DNA from: Candidatus Auribacter fodinae
Lineage (GTDB): Bacteria > Auribacterota > Auribacteria > Auribacterales > Auribacteraceae
DNA length: 64,000 nt
Assembly: GCA_003599815.1 (NCBI GenBank)
Contig: QZJZ01000105.1
Span: 7,174-71,173, forward strand
Direction of reading: 5' to 3'
The position numbers were made by a program, and so were the translations under genes. Below the pieces are notes generated by a model that did not search any database, was not told the DNA's origin, and saw only the letters and a list, made by a program, of their open reading frames with translations. Positions 47,696 to 55,944 of this stretch are shown in pieces (the first letter of the stretch is position 1; every line of letters starts with the position of its first letter).

Positions 47696-49363
47696 CTATT
47701 CCTTAAATTCCCTGACCCGTTCAGCCAGTTCCTCTCCGGTTACTGTTACGTTCCCGATCTGACTGCCTGACGAATCAAGAAAAATAAATGCAGGCGGTCC
47801 AATGATGTTAAATTTTTTCACCAGTTCGGGGTTGCTGTCAAAATCAACTTCAACAAAGGTAAATTTTTTGATATCTCGTTGAAACTCTTCTGTCTCGATA
47901 ACGGTTTCCTCTATCTCTTTACAAATCGTGCACCACGGCGCTTTGAAGTCAAGCAGAACAGGTTTATCTGAAGACGCAACAACCTCATTCAAGTCAACAA
48001 CAGCCGCATCCTCTGCCAGTTCATGCCCTGATTCTATCAACGAATCAACGGTATAATACACGGTACCGCTGAGAATAAGCAGGGCGATAACTATTCCGGC
48101 AAACCCTTTTCTGCTCTCAACCGCGCTTTTCATGGACAACAGCCCTGCGGCATTCAGTCCTGCCGCCAGAGAAACGATTGAAGCAGTGATAAATATGGTC
48201 TCACCGATAAACGGGCGGGTAAAATAAAACGCCGCCCAGATAAGAATAACTCCCAGAGTATATTTCACGCGTTCCATCCATCCGCCTGCTTTCGGCAACG
48301 CCCCTGCGGCGCTTCCCGCCACAAAAAGCAGTACGCCCATGCCCCACGCCAACGCAAAAAAGTAGGCGAACCCCCGTATAATATCTCCGGTAGTAGCGAC
48401 AAAGGTTATAAGGCTGATAATAGGCCCTGATACACAGGGACCTACCACAAACGCAGATAACGCTCCCATAAGAAATATCCCTGTGTACGATCCTTTAAAC
48501 CGCGACGACAAACCCTGTATTCTGAGAGATAACGATGATGACGTCTGTAATGAAAAAACGTCAAACATAGACAGCCCCAAAAGAATGAATATGACGCCGA
48601 TCGGAATAAGCACCCACGCCGACCGGAAAAACGACGACGCCGTACTCCCCAGAGACGCCACGATAACACCAGTCAGGGCGTACACGACAGACAAGCCCAG
48701 AACATAGAGGAATGTCAGGAATATACTTTCTGATCTGGATGCTTTCTTCGCCCCGATAATCGCCACCGTTATGCCGACCATCGGATACACGCACGGAGTC
48801 AGGCTCAACAGTAATCCGGCGACAAATGAGCCGAGTATCCCCCACAATAACCCTCTGGAATACGGCGACTCCGGTTCAATATCCCCTACATCGCCTGCAC
48901 TCCTGCCAACCGCACCTTCAGGTATAATTCCCGAAAACGTAAACGCTTCTTTCTGCGGAGGGTAACAGGTGGTATCCGTACAGCCCTGAAACTGAATATA
49001 ACCGCTGAGATTCCAGCTGTCGCCCGGGTTACCATCATAGTCGTACCGGACACGGATCTCTGCCTGCCCGGTAAACACGTCCACTATGGATCCGTCAAAA
49101 TTTTCAAACGGTTTTGTCTCCGGTTTTATAACTTTCTGGCCGGACAGGTTCACAGCGGTATCGGCGTAAACCTTAAAAAAATAATCCTCACTGCTGTACA
49201 CATGGACGCCGTCACTGACATCGAGATCAATACGCAGTTCAAGATATGGTGTATCGCGCTCAACCGACACTTTCGCGACTGCCGCTGTATCAGGCTGGGA
49301 TTGAGCAGATACCAATAACGGCACTGCCAGTAAAAAAACAAGCTGAACTGCATATCGTCGCAT
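47696..49363 (-). CDS. dsbD: Thiol:disulfide interchange protein DsbD
   Basis: N-domain QGC...CYPP, TM domain LTPCVYPM and GPCVSGP, LPKAGGWM, thioredoxin WCTIC. Confidence 0.9.
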   Translation of the reverse strand: MRRYAVQLVFLLAVPLLVSAQSQPDTAAVAKVSVERDTPYLELRIDLDVSDGVHVYSSEDYFFKVYADTAVNLSGQKVIKPETKPFENFDGSIVDVFTGQAEIRVRYDYDGNPGDSWNLSGYIQFQGCTDTTCYPPQKEAFTFSGIIPEGAVGRSAGDVGDIEPESPYSRGLLWGILGSFVAGLLLSLTPCVYPMVGITVAIIGAKKASRSESIFLTFLYVLGLSVVYALTGVIVASLGSTASSFFRSAWVLIPIGVIFILLGLSMFDVFSLQTSSSLSLRIQGLSSRFKGSYTGIFLMGALSAFVVGPCVSGPIISLITFVATTGDIIRGFAYFFALAWGMGVLLFVAGSAAGALPKAGGWMERVKYTLGVILIWAAFYFTRPFIGETIFITASIVSLAAGLNAAGLLSMKSAVESRKGFAGIVIALLILSGTVYYTVDSLIESGHELAEDAAVVDLNEVVASSDKPVLLDFKAPWCTICKEIEETVIETEEFQRDIKKFTFVEVDFDSNPELVKKFNIIGPPAFIFLDSSGSQIGNVTVTGEELAERVREFKE

Positions 49364-49472
49364 GGTATTCTCCACTGTTTGCATTAATATTACCACGATC
49401 TCATATCCTGTGTATAAAAAAGGGGAGGATTTGTATGTCCCCCCCATGAAACAATTTTAAAAGAACAAGGTA

Positions 49473-49943
49473 TCATGATTCCAACGGCAGGCCGCCTTCT
49501 TTCCATGCCTTAATACCTGTCTTAAAGTAATAGACCTGAGAAAACCCCTTATCTTTCAAAAAACTCGCCGTTTTTTTTGCCGCTCCGCATTCAGCATGCG
49601 CGCAATACACCACAATAAAAGCGTCCTTCGGTACATCTTTCATTTTCGGGAAATTCGCTTCCTGACTTTTTGCCGGAACATTCACCGCACCGGGAATATG
49701 TTCAACAGCATACGTTTCTTCAGACAACGCGTCGACAAAAACAGCCTTATTACCCAGCCATAGCTGATGAGCCACAGCGGCAGACACAACCGGCAAATCA
49801 TAAACCGGCTCTTCAGTTTGAGCAAGGCACGCATGGCATCCGGGCTCAATTTCTTCTTTGTTGCCCATTGCGTATACGCCCGAAGCGGATACAGAAAGAC
49901 AGGTCGCGACAACAACAGCGGTTACTCCTAGTGAATGAACCAT
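49473..49943 (-). CDS. Exported rhodanese-like domain protein
   Basis: Signal peptide; VFVDA....Y..EHIPGA.N.P; IVVYC....C; GF..V.....G...W...GLP.E. Confidence 0.85.
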   Translation of the reverse strand: MVHSLGVTAVVVATCLSVSASGVYAMGNKEEIEPGCHACLAQTEEPVYDLPVVSAAVAHQLWLGNKAVFVDALSEETYAVEHIPGAVNVPAKSQEANFPKMKDVPKDAFIVVYCAHAECGAAKKTASFLKDKGFSQVYYFKTGIKAWKEGGLPLES

Positions 49944-50200
49944 TTAACATCTCCTATGTTAAGTACCTTAGTTACATGATATTCTAAACTTTACCCTTCG
50001 ATAACTCTTTCGCTGTCCGGTTTAATCAGTGACAGCAAAAAATAAATATAGCATTATTATCTTTACAAAACAACTTTTAAGCGAATAAAATCATTTTCAT
50101 CAGACATTTATAGACATCATCTTATACAAGAGCCGATTCCGCAACATTTTTTACTGCTGAAATGTTCTCATGAATTTTTATTTTCAAAAAGGAGACATGA

Positions 50201-51169
50201 ATGAAGCGACTTATTTTCAAGCTGGCATTGGTTGTTATTTTCTGCGCTCTGCTACCATCAGCGGCACACGCCGGCGGAGCGACAACGTATCCAAACGGGG
50301 CGGAAGATTTTCTGTCAGGAGCGCTGCCTCCTCCGGGCGATTACGGCATCTGGTATTCTATTTTCTATCACGCGAACGGATTCAAAGACAACTCCGGGCA
50401 CGATTATTCTTTCGGGCCCCGCTCTGATATACGCATTACAACGTGGGCAAATGCCCTGCGCTGGATTCATGTAAGCGATGTTACCCTGTTCGGTGCAAGT
50501 ACGGGTTTTCACCTGTTTTTGCCCACGGTGCAGGCAGAATTTGATTTCGGGCACGAATTCAATGTTTTTGATGACGAAAAATTCGGATTCTCAGATCTGA
50601 TTTTCGACCCGCTTCTGCTTGGCTGGCATTTTAAAAACCTGCATATCGTCGCCGGCGTCGATATATACGTCCCTACGGGCAGGTACGATCATGAAACCGA
50701 TATCCTTAACCTCAGTTCAAAAGTATGGACATTCGAGCCTGCTCTGGCATTCACATGGTTACCCGGCCCTTTTGACATATCTGTCAAACTGATGTATGAC
50801 TTCAGCACAATCAATAACGACCACCGCATCGATCCGTACGAAGCTTTAGCTCTCAATCAGCCGGGGTTGGCTGGAACCGAAGCGTCATTGCGCCCCGGAC
50901 AGGAATTCCATTTTGATTACAATGCGGGATACAACTTCAACAAATGTTTCGCGCTTGGCGTAAACGGGTACTTCTACCGCCAGATGACCGATGACCGGAT
51001 AGATCACAACTATGTCCATAACATGAAGGGGCGCACATTTGCCATAGGCCCTGTCGCTAAATACAACTACCAGAGGTTTTCATTCGTCGCAAAAGCCTTG
51101 TGGGAAATGGAAACAAACAACCGCCCGCAGGGGCAAAGCACTTGGCTGAAAGTTATTTACGTTTTTTAA
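50201..51169 (+). CDS. Outer-membrane channel of the MetA-pathway-of-phenol-degradation (SphA-like) family
   Basis: YPNGAEDF..GALPPPG.Y, G..D....P..LGWH, PTGRYD, GYFY.Q.TDD, A.GP, C-terminal Phe. Confidence 0.82.
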   Translation: MKRLIFKLALVVIFCALLPSAAHAGGATTYPNGAEDFLSGALPPPGDYGIWYSIFYHANGFKDNSGHDYSFGPRSDIRITTWANALRWIHVSDVTLFGASTGFHLFLPTVQAEFDFGHEFNVFDDEKFGFSDLIFDPLLLGWHFKNLHIVAGVDIYVPTGRYDHETDILNLSSKVWTFEPALAFTWLPGPFDISVKLMYDFSTINNDHRIDPYEALALNQPGLAGTEASLRPGQEFHFDYNAGYNFNKCFALGVNGYFYRQMTDDRIDHNYVHNMKGRTFAIGPVAKYNYQRFSFVAKALWEMETNNRPQGQSTWLKVIYVF

Positions 51170-51222
51170 TTTACTTTATATCAATCAATTACAACTATTA
51201 TGAAATTTTTTAATTTTATCGC

Positions 51223-51250
51223 TAAAGTCCTCATACACTTGTGCCGTTAT
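51223..51250 (+). promoter_or_regulatory. sigma28-like promoter of the first prepilin-FecR gene
   Basis: TAAA-N16-GCCGTTAT, 44 bp before the ATG. Confidence 0.5.
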
Positions 51251-51294
51251 AATAAAGGGTTCGTCTTATCATTTTAAAAGCGGAGGCTTACAAC

Positions 51295-52407
51295 ATGAAT
51301 GGTCAAAAACGTTCTGGTTTTTCCTTGTTAGAAATACTGCTTTGCTTTGCCGGGCTTTCTGTAGTAATGACAGTCATTGTGTCAGCGAGCCATCGTGTCC
51401 GCGACCACGCGCACACCACTTTATGCATGAATAATCTCCGCCAGATATCCTTCGCGGTGTCACAATATTACAACGACCATAAAGAATATCCGCGCGGATT
51501 GCCCTACGATACTCTGTCCAGCCAGCTGGACAGCTATATCGGGGCGTCTGTGTTTATCTGTCCTGAAGACAAAATGGAACTGTCAGACAGTTACAGCCAG
51601 TACTACGTGTATCGAGGCAATGACGTATCCGCCTTTCAGTATGTTATAGGATGCCCGCGCCATGCGTCCCGATCGCGTTCTGTTAATATTTTTTCACTGC
51701 AGAAAGCGCAAACCTGCAATAACGCAAAGGTTGTCGCCAACCATACTGAAATTCTGCCCGGAGCGGCAACTACCGGAACCATTACGCTTGACGATGGAAC
51801 CACCATTCAATCTGACACAGTAAAAATGATCCTGATCCAGTCTGTCAAGCTCGGCGGAGGCGCGTTGTACACTGTTGTACGGGTACCTGATACGGAAACA
51901 GGCAAAGTTACCGTAAACGCTACTCCCGGCACAAAGCTGGAAATCGTGACGCCCGCTGTTGTCGCCGGTGTAAGAGGTACTCGTTTTGTGCTGGATATCG
52001 GCTATCAGGATGACGTGCCGTACACTAACGTCAATGTTGAGGAAGGCGTAGTCGCGGTGGAACCTCTGGGCGGCGACATGATAGACGGTACATCCGTAAA
52101 AGCGGCTGGTTTCAGCCCCATATTGCTAACCAAAGGAATGTCAGTCAATATACGCAACCGGCAAAAACCTTTTCACTTTGAAGCGTTGACTGAACGTATT
52201 GTATACTTGCGTAAAAAGATCGCCGGCTACGAATCAATAGGCAAAGACAGCCAAAATGTCCGTAACTACTGCGACTGGCTGGAAAAAACCAAAACACGGG
52301 AACTCGCAGAACTAGCGGACGATTCTGATAACACAAATGAAACCGCGAGTGATACCGCGAATGACGCCGCGGTTAATAACGCGAACCCAAACGCGGCTAT
52401 AAAATAG
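51295..52407 (+). CDS. Prepilin-type N-terminal cleavage/methylation protein fused to FecR-like domain (paralog 1)
   Basis: G|FSLLE class III signal, TM, 'C.NNLRQI..A...Y..D', ICPED, GCPRH, then 'TPAVVAGVRGTRF...V.V.EG.V.V' FecR-like core. Confidence 0.78.
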   Translation: MNGQKRSGFSLLEILLCFAGLSVVMTVIVSASHRVRDHAHTTLCMNNLRQISFAVSQYYNDHKEYPRGLPYDTLSSQLDSYIGASVFICPEDKMELSDSYSQYYVYRGNDVSAFQYVIGCPRHASRSRSVNIFSLQKAQTCNNAKVVANHTEILPGAATTGTITLDDGTTIQSDTVKMILIQSVKLGGGALYTVVRVPDTETGKVTVNATPGTKLEIVTPAVVAGVRGTRFVLDIGYQDDVPYTNVNVEEGVVAVEPLGGDMIDGTSVKAAGFSPILLTKGMSVNIRNRQKPFHFEALTERIVYLRKKIAGYESIGKDSQNVRNYCDWLEKTKTRELAELADDSDNTNETASDTANDAAVNNANPNAAIK

Positions 52408-52462
52408 ATTGATTGACAGGCGAGCGTAACAAAAGAGCTCGCAGAAAACCACCTATATTTTT

Positions 52463-52504
52463 CAATAAACCGCCTGCCGGATACCGCCGGCAGGCGGTTT
52501 ATTG
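52463..52504. terminator. Strong hairpin terminator after paralog 1
   Basis: caataaaccgcctgccgg...ccggcaggcggtttattg. Confidence 0.8.
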
Positions 52505-52574
52505 CCTGTATGTCGCCTTATATATTCTTGAACAGTTTGATGTTACTACGCCGAATAAATTCCTTTAATACGTT

Positions 52575-52727
52575 TGGAGCGCTGAAAAAGATTCTAAATT
52601 CCTCTTTTAAGATGTCATCACGAGGAGCGTTAACGACGTGGTGATCTCAAAATGAATAGAGCTGAGATTGCCACAGCCCCTTTGGGGCTTCGCAATGACA
52701 TTCTCTTGTGACTTTTTCATCGTTCTC
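52575..52727 (+). mobile_element. MITE-like element copy 4 (153 bp)
   Basis: Ends TGGAGCGCTGAAAAAG / CTTTTTCATCGTTCTC; flanked by ACGTT (52570-74 and 52728-32). Confidence 0.88.
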
Positions 52728-52782
52728 ACGTTACTTTCTTTGATTTTAGTGTACTTTTTTCGGTATTTACCCTACTTTTATG

Positions 52783-52810
52783 TAAATTTATAAGCTTCCT
52801 GTTCCGATAA
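52783..52810 (+). promoter_or_regulatory. sigma28-like promoter of the second prepilin-FecR gene
   Basis: TAAA-N16-TCCGATAA; same form as the site at 38753-38780. Confidence 0.6.
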
Positions 52811-52864
52811 ATGCTGTAAGATTATTGTATCTGGTGACAATGCTATTATATACCGGGAGCAGTT

Positions 52865-54037
52865 ATGAAAAAAATACACAGCATAAAAGGGTTCACTCTC
52901 TTAGATATTCTCATCTGCATAACGACTCTGTCCGTAGTATCGACCATTATCTTCACTGCCGGTAAAGAAGTACGATTTAAAGCGAACACAACTATCTGCA
53001 TGAATAACCTTCGCCAGATATCGTTTGCCATGGCAAGCTATTACGCGGACTATCAGGATTACCCGCGCGGGCTTCCATACGGCACACTCAGCGCGCAGTT
53101 ACATTCATACATGTCCAACGAACTTGTGTTTCTCTGCCCTGAAGACAAATTCGAGGAAGTTGACAGTTACAGCGAATATTATGTATACCGGGGCGACGAC
53201 CTCGCGTCATTTAAGTATGTGCTGGGCTGTCCTCGCCATAGAAGACAGAAAACAGCCACAAATATCTTTTCTCTCCAGACAGCCAAAAATTACCCGAACG
53301 CAACCGTTCTGGCGAATAATAAAGTTGTCACAGCCGGTTCGTTTACCAGCGGAACACTTCTGCTGGAAGACAACTCAATCGTTGAAACCGGTTCAGCAGA
53401 AGTCATGATCGTTCAGTCGCTAAGGCTTGAAAACGGATTGCTGTATACCGTACTGCGTGTTCCGGACGGAGAAAGCGGCAAAATCACCGTTAATGCCACC
53501 ACAGGAACTAAGCTTGAAGTGGTAACGCCATCCGTAGTTGCCGGGGTGAGAGGCACTGAATTTGAAGTAGACTTCGGGTACTCGGAATCATACCCGTACG
53601 CGAATGTTACTGTTATTTCAGGCAGTGTGGCGGTAGTTCCTCTCGATGGAAAAGTCGAGTATAACGGACAGCTGGTCAATGCCGGCAAACAGGAAATGAT
53701 TCTTAATGAGAACATGACCGTGAAAATACACGCTAACCCGCATTATTACAACAGCAAACAGATTGGCAAACGGCTGGATAAACTATCAAGAAAAATTGAC
53801 CGTTTGGAATCAATCGGGCATGAAACCGAAAAAGCCGAGGGGCTGTATGAATGGCTCAGCACCCAGTATCCCGGGTCAGGCGAACTTGTGTATGACAGCG
53901 AAACCCAGCAGTGGGGCCCGCCTCCTCCGCCGCCTCCTCCGGAAGAGGAAGGTTCCGAAGGAGAAGAACCGCCGCCCGAAGATCCACCTGAGGAAGAAGG
54001 CGGATTCTGGGAATGGTGGACTGGATTCTGGCTCTAA
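52865..54037 (+). CDS. Prepilin-type protein fused to FecR-like domain (paralog 2), with Pro/Glu-rich linker and Trp-rich tail
   Basis: G|FTLLD, CMNNLRQISFA, LCPED, GCPRH, TPSVVAGVRGTEF; ends PPPPPPPPEEEGSEGEEPPPEDPPEEEGGFWEWWTGFWL. Confidence 0.78.
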   Translation: MKKIHSIKGFTLLDILICITTLSVVSTIIFTAGKEVRFKANTTICMNNLRQISFAMASYYADYQDYPRGLPYGTLSAQLHSYMSNELVFLCPEDKFEEVDSYSEYYVYRGDDLASFKYVLGCPRHRRQKTATNIFSLQTAKNYPNATVLANNKVVTAGSFTSGTLLLEDNSIVETGSAEVMIVQSLRLENGLLYTVLRVPDGESGKITVNATTGTKLEVVTPSVVAGVRGTEFEVDFGYSESYPYANVTVISGSVAVVPLDGKVEYNGQLVNAGKQEMILNENMTVKIHANPHYYNSKQIGKRLDKLSRKIDRLESIGHETEKAEGLYEWLSTQYPGSGELVYDSETQQWGPPPPPPPPEEEGSEGEEPPPEDPPEEEGGFWEWWTGFWL

Positions 54038-54064
54038 AATATAACAGATACATTAAATCAGCAT

Positions 54065-54100
54065 AAAAAAAGCCCTGATACTTTCGGGTATCAGGGCTTT
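54065..54100. terminator. Bidirectional terminator
   Basis: aaaaaaagccctgatac...gtatcagggcttt between convergent genes. Confidence 0.82.
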
Positions 54101-54120
54101 ATATATTTTTCAGCAATCGA

Positions 54121-54618
54121 TTAAAAACTGTATTTCTGCATGATCCAGTTATACGCAATATACGCAGAAAGAAGAACGATTATCATATAAATCACAACGG
54201 TAAGCGGGTTCCAGATGATTTTCTTCAGGAACAGCCATAAACGGCTGATTTTCGCCAGTTCCGCCCGGTTATGCTCCAACTCGCCCAGTACTCGCTCCAG
54301 CATAATATAATGCTCGTTCCAGATTGTTATCATACGGCGAGCCATACCGTCAGTCTGGGCTTTAAGTTCTTTCAGATTCACTATCTGGGACAGGACATCC
54401 ATTCCTTTGGCTTCCTGGCCGCCTTCAAGCCCGACTGATTTCATGAGAACATTGTATCGTTTAAGAATGCTTCGTTTCAGTTCAAAAAAACGTTTTTCAT
54501 CAGTTTCCGGAATTTCTTCCGTCTCACGAGCGGTTTTCATCAGCTCATGAAACTCTTTCCAGTCCTCGATAAAATATCCAAAATCAACTATCTGCTGTTC
54601 CAGTTTTTTATCGCGCAC
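54121..54618 (-). CDS. Hypothetical helical protein with C-terminal membrane anchor
   Basis: 165-aa ORF; AGGAG RBS; C-terminal hydrophobic segment; directly downstream of guaB3. Confidence 0.7.
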   Translation of the reverse strand: MRDKKLEQQIVDFGYFIEDWKEFHELMKTARETEEIPETDEKRFFELKRSILKRYNVLMKSVGLEGGQEAKGMDVLSQIVNLKELKAQTDGMARRMITIWNEHYIMLERVLGELEHNRAELAKISRLWLFLKKIIWNPLTVVIYMIIVLLSAYIAYNWIMQKYSF

Positions 54619-54638
54619 GCGATAACTCCTGATATGGT

Positions 54639-55799
54639 TTATTTTCTCATTCCGACACGTTGAGCGGTCTGAAAAATTTTACCTTCAGTTTGAATTGATG
54701 GAGCAATAATAATTTCAGTCAACTGTAACTCGCGAATATTCCGCGCGCCAACGTTACCCATACAGGTCTGCAACGCACCCATCAGGTTCTGCGAACCGTC
54801 GTCCAGCCGTGCAGGGCCGAACAGAATCTGTTCCAGAGTACCGGTTGTGCCGACTCTGATACGCGTACCGCGCGGCAGATTAGCGTGCGGGGTAGCCATA
54901 CCCCAGTGGTACCCTCTGCCCGGAGCTTCTTCAGCACGGGCAAAAGCGGAACCGACCATCACAGCGTCAGCGCCTGAGGCAAAGGCTTTACAAATATCAC
55001 CGCCGTTCGACATACCGCCATCGGTTATAATCGGAATATACCGTCCGGTTTGTTTATAATAAAAATCACGCGCCGCCGCGCTGTCAGCCGTTGCCGTCAC
55101 CTGCGGAACACCAATGCCCAGCACTCCGCGGGTCGTGCAGGCGGCTCCCGGGCCGATACCTATCAACAACCCGCCTACACCAGCTTCCATTAAAGACAAG
55201 GCAACACGATATGTCACTGAATTACCGACTACCACAGGTATTTTCATTGAACTGCAGAACTTCTGGAAATCAAGCGTTTTGTATTCGGTCGATATATGGC
55301 TTACGGTCGTGACCGTTGACTGGACAATAAAAATATCCGCTCCGGCTTCCTGTGCTATTTTGCCAAACTGCTCGGCACGCTGAGGTATTGCAGACACCAC
55401 CGCAGGGCCGCCGGCCTTTTTGATGGTCTTAATACGTTCAGAGATCAATTCTTCCTTGATCGGACGGTTATATATACCCTGAACCAGTTTGGTCGCTTCT
55501 TCAGGCGACGCCACAGCTATTTCGTTCAGGACTTCATCAGGGTTCTCGTAGCGGGTCTGTATCCCTTCAAGATTCAAGACAGCAATACCGCCGAGTTTGC
55601 CCATGCGAATAGCGAATTTCGTATCAACAACACCGTCCATTGCGGCGGCAAGAATCGGAACGTTAAACTTCAATCCGCCAATTTCCCACGAAGTATCAAC
55701 TTCATTGGGATTGATGGTTACTTCACCCGGAACCAGAGCAATTTCATCAAATCCGTAACAACGGCGTGCCTTACGGCCTCTTCCTACCCACATGCCCAT
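54639..55799 (-). CDS. guaB3: GuaB3-family IMP dehydrogenase-related protein
   Basis: GRGRKARRCYGFDEIALVP, AAMDGVV, GIGPGAACTTRGVLGIGVPQ, DGGM..GGDI.KA, WGMATP...LPRGTR; no CBS insert. Confidence 0.9.
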   Translation of the reverse strand: MGMWVGRGRKARRCYGFDEIALVPGEVTINPNEVDTSWEIGGLKFNVPILAAAMDGVVDTKFAIRMGKLGGIAVLNLEGIQTRYENPDEVLNEIAVASPEEATKLVQGIYNRPIKEELISERIKTIKKAGGPAVVSAIPQRAEQFGKIAQEAGADIFIVQSTVTTVSHISTEYKTLDFQKFCSSMKIPVVVGNSVTYRVALSLMEAGVGGLLIGIGPGAACTTRGVLGIGVPQVTATADSAAARDFYYKQTGRYIPIITDGGMSNGGDICKAFASGADAVMVGSAFARAEEAPGRGYHWGMATPHANLPRGTRIRVGTTGTLEQILFGPARLDDGSQNLMGALQTCMGNVGARNIRELQLTEIIIAPSIQTEGKIFQTAQRVGMRK

Positions 55800-55944
55800 A
55801 ATATAAAACCCCCTAGATTGAGTATAGTTTCAGCAAATAAAACGCCATGACGCGAGACAACAGGCTGGTTTAAAATAATTGAGTATACTAAATGAATAAC
55901 GGGGCGCTTGTCAATAGTTTTTTGAGCTTAAATGGAACGTGAAC

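Noticed and set aside
49800-49850. Heme c-binding motif in the rhodanese (CHAC), and similar CxxC motifs in the 59882-60145 protein
   Set aside because: None is followed by His (not CxxCH).
53916-54000. CCT/CCG and GAA/GAG runs as a phase-variable simple repeat
   Set aside because: Mixed synonymous codons encoding an in-frame Pro/Glu linker, not a pure slippage tract.
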